Positions 16,317 through 23,379 of a stretch of 64,000 nt of DNA are shown here, one piece after another; position 1 is the first letter of the stretch; the number at the start of each line of letters is the position of its first letter. The stretch comes from a virus, in the IMG/VR virus record IMGVR_UViG_3300037189_005453, positions 1 to 64,000 of that record; one strand, written 5' to 3'. The notes under the pieces are model-generated. The model worked only from the letters and a program-made list of their open reading frames with translations. It had not been told where the DNA came from and did not search any database. Both the position numbers and the translations under genes were made by a program.

Positions 16317-16532
16317 ATGGGAATGGCAGACAACTACTACACTCCAAAAGACGATGATGGTTTGGAGTGTTACTACTGTGAGGGTACAGGTGAAGCCGAT
16401 GGAGGTGATTGCCCGCAGTGCGACGGAGTAGGTTACGTAGACAGCAGTGAGATTTGTGGTCTGTGCAACGCATACCCTTGCCGCTGTGATGACATATATG
16501 ACTCGTGGAAAGAACGCGACATGGAATGGTAA
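16317..16532 (+). CDS. DnaJ-type zinc finger small protein
   Basis: CYYCEGTG and CPQCDGVG (CxxCxGxG) plus CGLC..CRC. Confidence 0.7.
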   Translation: MGMADNYYTPKDDDGLECYYCEGTGEADGGDCPQCDGVGYVDSSEICGLCNAYPCRCDDIYDSWKERDMEW

Positions 16533-16544
16533 AGGAGATAAGTA

Positions 16545-16697
16545 ATGGATCCACTAATGATTGCAGCGATAGCGGTTGGTATTGACCTGATCCTGCTCTA
16601 CACAGCAATTGGTCTGTACCTCAAGACCACACGCGAAGCAAAGGAACGCAAGTACAAGTTTGCCCAGATGTTCAACAAGGCAAACCCAATTAAGTAA
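16545..16697 (+). CDS. small membrane protein
   Basis: AAGGAG RBS; MDPLMIAAIAVGIDLILLYTAIGLYLK... Confidence 0.6.
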   Translation: MDPLMIAAIAVGIDLILLYTAIGLYLKTTREAKERKYKFAQMFNKANPIK

Positions 16698-16709
16698 AGG
16701 AGATACACA

Positions 16710-17189
16710 ATGCAGACATTCATGCCCTCTGTTAACTACACAGAGACAGCAAGTATGCTGGACAACAAGCGCCTTAATAAGCAAGCGCTAGAAGGCTGGC
16801 AGATTCTTATGAACCTGCTCGAGCTAGACCCCGAAGGCAATTACCGTGCTCCTAAAGGTTGGAGTAATCACCCCGCAGTTAAGATGTGGCGTGGCTACGA
16901 GTGGTCACTCTATACATACATCCAAGAGATGGTTAAGGAGTGGAAGCGACGTGGGTTTAAGTCAACCATTGGAGACAAAGCGACTAAAACGTTCCTTGTC
17001 TTTAATAAGCGACCACTAACACTCGAGCACCCTGATTGGCTCGAAGACATGCGCACATCAGACTCGGTTACATCAAGCCACCGCCTGGCCTTGCTTGTCA
17101 AGGACTACGAGTGGTACTCTCAATTCGGATGGGAAGAAGACCCTGGCTATCCTCCCGTCGATTACGAATACACCTGGCCAGTAGAGTAA
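16710..17189 (+). CDS. pyrimidine dimer DNA glycosylase-like protein (MSMEG_6728/DenV-like family)
   Basis: MQTFMP, LDNKRLNKQALE, GWSNHPAVKMWRGYE, SHRLALL, YTWP. Confidence 0.88.
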   Translation: MQTFMPSVNYTETASMLDNKRLNKQALEGWQILMNLLELDPEGNYRAPKGWSNHPAVKMWRGYEWSLYTYIQEMVKEWKRRGFKSTIGDKATKTFLVFNKRPLTLEHPDWLEDMRTSDSVTSSHRLALLVKDYEWYSQFGWEEDPGYPPVDYEYTWPVE

Positions 17190-17199
17190 AGGAGGGGCT

Positions 17200-17436
17200 A
17201 TGCGCCTCAGCAGTAACAAGGACGTTAACGACCTCATCAAAGAGGCGCAACGTCAAGGATGGACAATCACCATGACTAGAAGCAACCACCTCAAGTGGGT
17301 GTCTCCTATGGGTGATTTCTTTTTCTCCTCAAGCACACCAAGCGATGGTCGCCGTGTGGTTAACAAGATCTCCCAGGATCTTCGCATGAATGGATTTATC
17401 CAGATCAAGCACAAGCAGTCTCGTAAGAAGCGATAG
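17200..17436 (+). CDS. HicA-like protein
   Basis: LIKEAQRQGWTITMTRSNHLKW...TPSD; conserved His. Confidence 0.75.
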   Translation: MRLSSNKDVNDLIKEAQRQGWTITMTRSNHLKWVSPMGDFFFSSSTPSDGRRVVNKISQDLRMNGFIQIKHKQSRKKR

Positions 17437-17479
17437 TAGTCTGTCTTAATTAAGACGATCACTAACCGAGTAAACTAGT

Positions 17480-17519
17480 AATCCCCCCTGGCTCTACTGC
17501 AGGGGGGATTGTTTGTGTT
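17480..17519. terminator. terminator at the convergence of + and - transcription
   Basis: AATCCCCCCTG/CAGGGGGGATT stem followed by GTTTGTGTT. Confidence 0.75.
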
Positions 17520-17575
17520 GGCTCATTTTTAGGACCTAATATGTTTCAAGCACAAAGGAGTGCTGTTATCAGATA

Positions 17576-19054
17576 CTAGCCTTCTAGGTTGTTCTGGATA
17601 ATTCTGGTTGTTTGATCCTCATTCAGAGGCTGTTGCATCTCCTTTAGAGCACTTGCTCGGTCTCCAAAAATAGCACTTAGCACGCCGCCAGAACTCTCTC
17701 GAGACGCGGTGATTTGTACAAACTCTTTGTCGGTTTCTAGGTCCTTCATGTTACCTACCAACTTAAACAAGCGGTCTATCTCCTGTGACACATTTGGGTC
17801 AGCGTAGCCGCCATTTAGCTCCTCTTGGAATCGCATGAATGCCACCCTTTGGCCCTGCATTTCAACGATTGTGGTCAACAACGCTTTCAATTGATCCTTT
17901 GTCTTAACCTCCACTGGCAGGTTAAATCCACAGGTACTTGCGGCCTTGAATGCTGGACAATTTGCTGCGACAAAACACGTGTCGCATTGTCTTACGCTCC
18001 CATAATTGGACTGAACAACTGGTACGTCCTTTAATACTTCACGCCCATCTTCGGTCTCTACAACGGTCTTCATGTTGTATCCAAAAACAGGCATCGAAAT
18101 GACCTCTTGCGGGTCTCTTTGCGTAACTTCTGCTCCTTCAGGTTTCCGCTTTTCTAAACCACTGTTATTAGAAACCACCCCCCCTATTTCCATCAAACCT
18201 GTGTATAGGGTGTCATCACTGTTATCAGATACTTTATCGTTATTGGGTCGCTTTGCCATTGTCTTCTCTAACTGTAAATAGGACCAAACTGCTACTTTGG
18301 TTGCTTCCTTCGTGTCATCTTCTACGAACTTTGTGAAATCTAGCCCAGCTTTCTCCACGACTGTTTTGTAACGCAACCGTGCCTGGGCCTTCATTTTTTT
18401 TGGATACCTGGCCAATCTCGCTCCGTCGTACACAATGGTTTCTCCATTACGCATTGGCGACAACCAGGACAACGTGCTGACAGAATCAAACGGGATGCTT
18501 CGCAAATTATCTGGTTTTGCGGTCCCCAATCCGTGAATGCGTACATCGTACGCTCCTTTGATCCTACGGATTACGCTCGATAACACTGGCACACTATCAA
18601 TCGCTGCGCCAGAAATGGCTACATTGCTCCACTCTGCCGCCCACTGTTCCAACAACGGAACACTGTACGCTTCGTGCCAAACTACCCACAATTTTGGATC
18701 GTTTTCATACACTGCGCGGTTTTGCACAATGTCGTGCAATCCCAATACTTGTGAATCAAATTCGGTGAACCCCTCGATGCGGTCGTAATTCATCGCGATG
18801 AACTCTTCGTAATCCGACGCGTAGGCTTCCAACTCTCCTTTGGACAGGTTGGCTTTGTCTGCCTGCGTTGCTCCGCTATCTACCCAAACTTTCATCTCTG
18901 GCAGGAAATGCTCACCAATCAGGTACGGTTTTGTTTTTGGCAAACCACGCTTACGGAGGCCCCAGTAATTCAACATTACGTTGTTTACTCCCATGGACTC
19001 CAACAGCGTCCTGTTGCTGGGGATTTCTACCCCACTAAAAATGATCTCACTCAA
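17576..19054 (-). CDS. TGT/DpdA-like (queuine tRNA-ribosyltransferase fold) domain fused to a Cys4/helical C-terminal domain
   Basis: VWVDSGA, VVWH, RIHGLG, PFDSVSTLSW; C-terminal CDTC..NCP..C. Confidence 0.7.
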   Translation of the reverse strand: MSEIIFSGVEIPSNRTLLESMGVNNVMLNYWGLRKRGLPKTKPYLIGEHFLPEMKVWVDSGATQADKANLSKGELEAYASDYEEFIAMNYDRIEGFTEFDSQVLGLHDIVQNRAVYENDPKLWVVWHEAYSVPLLEQWAAEWSNVAISGAAIDSVPVLSSVIRRIKGAYDVRIHGLGTAKPDNLRSIPFDSVSTLSWLSPMRNGETIVYDGARLARYPKKMKAQARLRYKTVVEKAGLDFTKFVEDDTKEATKVAVWSYLQLEKTMAKRPNNDKVSDNSDDTLYTGLMEIGGVVSNNSGLEKRKPEGAEVTQRDPQEVISMPVFGYNMKTVVETEDGREVLKDVPVVQSNYGSVRQCDTCFVAANCPAFKAASTCGFNLPVEVKTKDQLKALLTTIVEMQGQRVAFMRFQEELNGGYADPNVSQEIDRLFKLVGNMKDLETDKEFVQITASRESSGGVLSAIFGDRASALKEMQQPLNEDQTTRIIQNNLEG

Positions 19055-19532
19055 AATTCAACGCCTCCGTACGTGACAATCGGGCGTCTTGTGTCCTTAA
19101 TGAATTTTGCTCTTCTATGGCCTTTTCAATATCATTCCATGCGCGCACTCTCTTTGGCGCATCTGGTCTGAACTCTGGCCGCGTATAACTTGGCACGCCA
19201 AACATCATCGCTGCGATTCCCTGCTCGAATGCAAATGCCCACAGTGTCGGATCATTTGTGATAAACAAATCCACTGCTCCAATTGAACGGGCAAATGTGA
19301 TCTGTCGCTCGCCCAGCTTCTCATCAACCAGGCTCACGGATGAATCAATAATCTTATCAAAATCAACAATTTTGTTGACATCCAACCACTGTTGTGTTAA
19401 CTTCGCGTCCAGCGGTGACATCAACGTGATTTTATTCCACGCACTTAACGACCCAACCGTGATAACCCCTTGGGAAATCGGTTGGTCGTTCGGGCCCCTC
19501 AGTACGCCATCTAAATCCACCAATATTTGCAT
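19047..19532 (-). CDS. HAD-superfamily-like protein
   Basis: N-terminal ILVDLDGVL (DxD motif I). Confidence 0.7.
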   Translation of the reverse strand: MQILVDLDGVLRGPNDQPISQGVITVGSLSAWNKITLMSPLDAKLTQQWLDVNKIVDFDKIIDSSVSLVDEKLGERQITFARSIGAVDLFITNDPTLWAFAFEQGIAAMMFGVPSYTRPEFRPDAPKRVRAWNDIEKAIEEQNSLRTQDARLSRTEALNFE

Positions 19533-19642
19533 TAATAATCCTCGTCATCAGCTCCATTGCAATCACACTTGCAATAATCGTCGGTGCATATGCCCTTCAG
19601 CAATTCGTGCCCGCACCAATGACAATAATCTGTTATGGACAC
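19532..19642 (-). CDS. 36-aa Cys-rich peptide
   Basis: GTG start overlaps upstream TAG and stop overlaps downstream ATG; MSITDYCHWCGHELLKGICTDDYCKCDC... Confidence 0.55.
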   Translation of the reverse strand: MSITDYCHWCGHELLKGICTDDYCKCDCNGADDEDY

Positions 19643-20517
19643 TAATTGTTCCTATACAACGCCGCGCGGCGAACTAATGTGTCTGCGTCTGGCAACTCGA
19701 CATGTTGCGTCAGGTTTGTTTTCATGTACTCACGAATGGCGCGCAACTTGTCAATTGTTCCATAACGCTTGCCCAACTGCCAACGATAATTGTTGAAATC
19801 GTTGTATCCTTGGCCCTCTGACGAAAATGCGATTGATCTATTTTCGTGAATCTCGTTATACAACGCGTTGGCCTGCGCAGCGGCCATCGTCATTTTGTTT
19901 TCCGCATTACGCTTCATAGGACCATTGGATGACATCTGAACATCCTGTAATGCTCCATTAAAACGGTTATGTGCTGACTCTGCCATTTCGGCATCGCGCT
20001 TTGCAATCTGATCCCACTCGGCGTTCCACATCGGTGTCTGATTTGGATCGGGGGTTACTGTCCAGTCGTCATGCTTCAAATCGTACGCTGCGTACGGCTT
20101 AATTGCACGGATATTTGTGGCTGAAGGATTAACATAAAACGTCAGCTCATAACCATTCCAGTTGGACGTCTGCAACTGCAGGTTTTCGTGAAACTCTTCG
20201 TTGAGTTCCGCTGCAATTTCTCTGTCTGACAACCCTGTAAACTCTGGGTTTGCCTTACGGAATTGAATAAAATTTACCCCAACCAGGCAATCTAGGTCAC
20301 CTGGTTCTCGGGCAGCCTCCCACTGGTATGAAACACCAGACCCAGCTAACCACGGTTGCGCCCACAGTTCTGGGTGTCGGTAATGGAGGTTTAGGAAATC
20401 CATCAACAGTGCCATTATTCCTTGGCGCACCCACGAACGGAGGACCCGCCCTTCAAAAAGGGTCGGGTCCAACGTGGTCGCTGGGTGGCTGAAATAACTT
20501 GTCGGGTATACAGTCAT
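19642..20517 (-). CDS. Pol-beta superfamily nucleotidyltransferase
   Basis: WLAGSGVSYQW...GDLDCLV (hGS..DxD), YELTFYV; leaderless (TAAACT-6 nt-ATG). Confidence 0.8.
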   Translation of the reverse strand: MTVYPTSYFSHPATTLDPTLFEGRVLRSWVRQGIMALLMDFLNLHYRHPELWAQPWLAGSGVSYQWEAAREPGDLDCLVGVNFIQFRKANPEFTGLSDREIAAELNEEFHENLQLQTSNWNGYELTFYVNPSATNIRAIKPYAAYDLKHDDWTVTPDPNQTPMWNAEWDQIAKRDAEMAESAHNRFNGALQDVQMSSNGPMKRNAENKMTMAAAQANALYNEIHENRSIAFSSEGQGYNDFNNYRWQLGKRYGTIDKLRAIREYMKTNLTQHVELPDADTLVRRAALYRNN

Positions 20518-20526
20518 GTAACCAGT

Positions 20527-20829
20527 TTATTCGGTTACGGATGCGCTTTCTGGGTCAATCCCGCGCTCCTTCAGCTTCTCTTTAACAGCCTCAGCTGGCG
20601 TAGGCTCCTGGGCCCCCTGCAAAACCGACAACAGTGCGATCATGATTCGGTCAGTCAACTGAGAATTCTCAATCTCCTTTACCAACGCAGCTGATGTAGT
20701 CAACACGTCATAAACGGTTGCGGTACGCTTTGCCTCAATCTTTGTTTCGGGCTGCTCGAGGTCTGCCGTAAACGTTCCGTCGGTGAATACCGATACAACG
20801 AATACTGTGTCTACTTCTTTTTCTGCCAT
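20527..20829 (-). CDS. hypothetical protein
   Basis: AGGAG RBS. Confidence 0.8.
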   Translation of the reverse strand: MAEKEVDTVFVVSVFTDGTFTADLEQPETKIEAKRTATVYDVLTTSAALVKEIENSQLTDRIMIALLSVLQGAQEPTPAEAVKEKLKERGIDPESASVTE

Positions 20830-20845
20830 TTTTTGCTCCTATATA

Positions 20846-21415
20846 TTAATCGTACAATCCTGCCAGCATACGTCGACGCTGTAGGACCATGGAATGAACG
20901 GGACAAAAATTACACGTGTAAATCTTTGGTCCGTCCAAGTGTTCGGGTTTTGGCAGATTCAGGTCTGCTCTTTCCTTTGCGGTGTTTGGCAACAGGCGCT
21001 TTGAATCGCTCTGGTAATCACTGCAATCCTGTTTTGGGCTGTTGTGGCGTTTCCAACAATCCATGGCGTCCTGTGCAAACGTCATCTTTGTGTCGTAAAA
21101 CGACTTTTCAGGGTCTAGGTCATCCAAACCACGTGATCCTGCGCCCAAATTATCCAGAACTGCTTTGCGCTGTTCTCCATTAGCCCACGTCTTAACTGGT
21201 ACTTTAAACAGTTTACCTACGTGAGGTTCCCCCGATGGGAACTTGTGCTTCTCGAGAGTGATCTCGAGGAGGTAATCGCGGTCTGATGGGCCCTCATAAT
21301 CGGGCAACTCTTCCCATGTTTCACACACTAAACAGCGCAGCAAACGAATAACGGGCCCATCGATCTGTTTAGATCCGATGAGGGGTTTACCTGCAGGGTC
21401 AACCAATCCAGCCAA
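20846..21415 (-). CDS. hypothetical zinc-binding protein
   Basis: CLVC, CNFCPVH; AGGAG RBS. Confidence 0.8.
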   Translation of the reverse strand: MAGLVDPAGKPLIGSKQIDGPVIRLLRCLVCETWEELPDYEGPSDRDYLLEITLEKHKFPSGEPHVGKLFKVPVKTWANGEQRKAVLDNLGAGSRGLDDLDPEKSFYDTKMTFAQDAMDCWKRHNSPKQDCSDYQSDSKRLLPNTAKERADLNLPKPEHLDGPKIYTCNFCPVHSMVLQRRRMLAGLYD

Positions 21416-21480
21416 AATATACTCCTATGTGGTGTTACGAATTACTTTACCGTGTTTATGCCTTTATGGCAACTAAACTC

Positions 21481-21696
21481 TTACTTTTTATCGTCCGTGT
21501 ACGGTTCGCCGTTCCACTGGATATCTGCCCACCTGCTGGCAATCGGCTTTTCACCGTCGTAGTGTGCCACCACGTGCTCCCGTGCTGCTGGCCACTCACC
21601 TAAATTAATTCGTTTTGCGTTGTGCGCCTCTACGAGATCACGGGCGAGGGCTTTAAAATACAGGTCCTTACGGCCCTCATCGTTGTCTCGTGCCAC
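21481..21696 (-). CDS. hypothetical protein
   Basis: 71 aa ORF in operon. Confidence 0.65.
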   Translation of the reverse strand: MARDNDEGRKDLYFKALARDLVEAHNAKRINLGEWPAAREHVVAHYDGEKPIASRWADIQWNGEPYTDDKK

Positions 21697-21698
21697 AA

Positions 21699-21911
21699 CT
21701 ACTTCCCAGGGTTTACGCGCGACTCTGCGGGTGCCTCTGATGTTGCAAAACCGTAACCGTAGAACGGGTGGAGGGTCTGACGGTTTTCCATGGTCTTTTC
21801 GTTACCAAGGATGTCTTCAACCTCTGTGTTTGGGCGAATCTTACGGTACTTACCGTCAGTTGCTCCTTCAGCAAGGCTTTCGTTCATTGAACGGCTGGTG
21901 TTAACTGCCAT
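21699..21911 (-). CDS. hypothetical protein
   Basis: 70 aa ORF, AAGGA RBS. Confidence 0.75.
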   Translation of the reverse strand: MAVNTSRSMNESLAEGATDGKYRKIRPNTEVEDILGNEKTMENRQTLHPFYGYGFATSEAPAESRVNPGK

Positions 21912-22230
21912 TTTTCAATCCTTCGTTTTTCTTTTCAACCCAGTTGTCAAGGTGTTTTGTGGGATCGACGTATGCCGAATCCAAGATTTCTGGCGAAGAA
22001 AACTCGCCTGTTCCTTTAAGTGTAGCATCGTGCTCTACGGATGCGCTGCGCAAGTAGTGTGAGGCTACCCGCATTGCCTCGTCTGCTCCATTGCCAGTGT
22101 GCTTACCGATTGCAACGGCGCGTGCGTGCTGATACGCACTGTTTGCGTTCCTGCGAACACGTGCGGTTGTTCCTTTACGCATCAGCTCTGCTGCGGTATT
22201 CATGATCTCAATTGGATCAGAACTAATCAT
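21901..22230 (-). CDS. hypothetical protein
   Basis: 109 aa, coupled. Confidence 0.7.
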   Translation of the reverse strand: MISSDPIEIMNTAAELMRKGTTARVRRNANSAYQHARAVAIGKHTGNGADEAMRVASHYLRSASVEHDATLKGTGEFSSPEILDSAYVDPTKHLDNWVEKKNEGLKNGS

Positions 22231-22427
22231 TATGCTAACCGCCCCTTTACACGGCGAGCAGCCTTGGCGTCATTGCAAGGTGGGCAAAGGAGCGAACTCA
22301 TTGCCTCAACAGGGTTAAGGATTACACCGCAGGTTGGGCAGGGGGCTGATCCTCGGTAATTTACCTGGTTTTGTGCAATCTTCCATGCCTGCAGCTCTAG
22401 TGTCTCTGCACCGTCTCCATCAAACAC
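22230..22427 (-). CDS. small zinc-finger protein
   Basis: CPTC...CPPC; GGAGG RBS. Confidence 0.7.
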   Translation of the reverse strand: MFDGDGAETLELQAWKIAQNQVNYRGSAPCPTCGVILNPVEAMSSLLCPPCNDAKAARRVKGRLA

Positions 22428-23377
22428 TACTGTCCACCTCCACTAGGACGCGCTGTTCTAGCACGGCGGTCATCCACGATGTCCTGCGCTTTTTTAGCCA
22501 CTTTACCCCCCATGCGAACCATGTTTGCCTCAGAAAAACGGTTCGCAGGTACTGCTTCGTAGTCACGATCTCCACCGATGCTTTCATCGTTGTCTACCTC
22601 AGTGGGGATACCTGTGGTGCGTGCTAGGTGCTCAAACCACGCTTGACGAACGGTGTCCAGATGGCGACGAGCATTTTTCAACGAAATGTTTGGGAGTGCC
22701 TCATCCGAAGAACTCTTCAACCAGTTTTCCTTGTTTGGGGACCAGTCATCGCTCAGGATTCCTGCACCCCGATTACCTCCTATAGAACGGAGAGTACTGT
22801 TGGACGTGTGCCCTGACGGCATACCAATTTTAACCCTAGGGGATTGATCGGGGTTTGCTTCTGCGAGTGTCAGTGCGTTTGACAGGTGGTCACTTGCCTT
22901 GGTCAAATACTTGGTTGCGTTTACAGGATCCACAGCCATAATGGCTGAACGGTGTAACGCAAGTGCCTTGTGAAACTTTTCAAGGCTATCAACGGCAGGT
23001 GCCATACGCTGGCTTGCCTCGTCGACCACGGGGACTCCGCCAACCATGTCACGCTCTGGGGGAATTCGTACCACTGCGCGAGTTTCTATTCCTTTTGCAT
23101 ATGGAACTTTTGCGGCAGCGACCGACTCTACGGGCTTATCAATAACAGGACTAACTCCTGCAGCGCGAAAAACACGCTCTCCCAGCTCATTTGCGATCAG
23201 CTCGAGAGCATCTCCGTGTTGCATGTTTTCACGGAATGCTGCGTGACCAGCGTTGGCCATTTGCCGTGAGATTCCACTACGGTTTCCCCCTGAAGGAATT
23301 GGGGAGTAACCAGGGGTATTATTCAGCACTTCCTTCAAACGTGCCGCTGCAATTTCTGGGTCTTGTGATTCAGCCAT
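22427..23377 (-). CDS. hypothetical protein
   Basis: 316 aa ORF. Confidence 0.8.
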   Translation of the reverse strand: MAESQDPEIAAARLKEVLNNTPGYSPIPSGGNRSGISRQMANAGHAAFRENMQHGDALELIANELGERVFRAAGVSPVIDKPVESVAAAKVPYAKGIETRAVVRIPPERDMVGGVPVVDEASQRMAPAVDSLEKFHKALALHRSAIMAVDPVNATKYLTKASDHLSNALTLAEANPDQSPRVKIGMPSGHTSNSTLRSIGGNRGAGILSDDWSPNKENWLKSSSDEALPNISLKNARRHLDTVRQAWFEHLARTTGIPTEVDNDESIGGDRDYEAVPANRFSEANMVRMGGKVAKKAQDIVDDRRARTARPSGGGQ

Positions 23378-23379
23378 GA

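Larger units (their letters stand above)
5955..17521. repeat. dispersed 12-mer CCAACACAAACA (6 copies)
   Basis: + at 5955, 9342, 13048, 16117; - at 6442-6453 and 17510-17521. Confidence 0.8.

Noticed and set aside
17576-19054. Complete 7-deazaguanine DNA modification (dpd) cluster
   Set aside because: No folE or queC/D/E in the window and the nucleophile position appears substituted; kept only as a TGT-fold call
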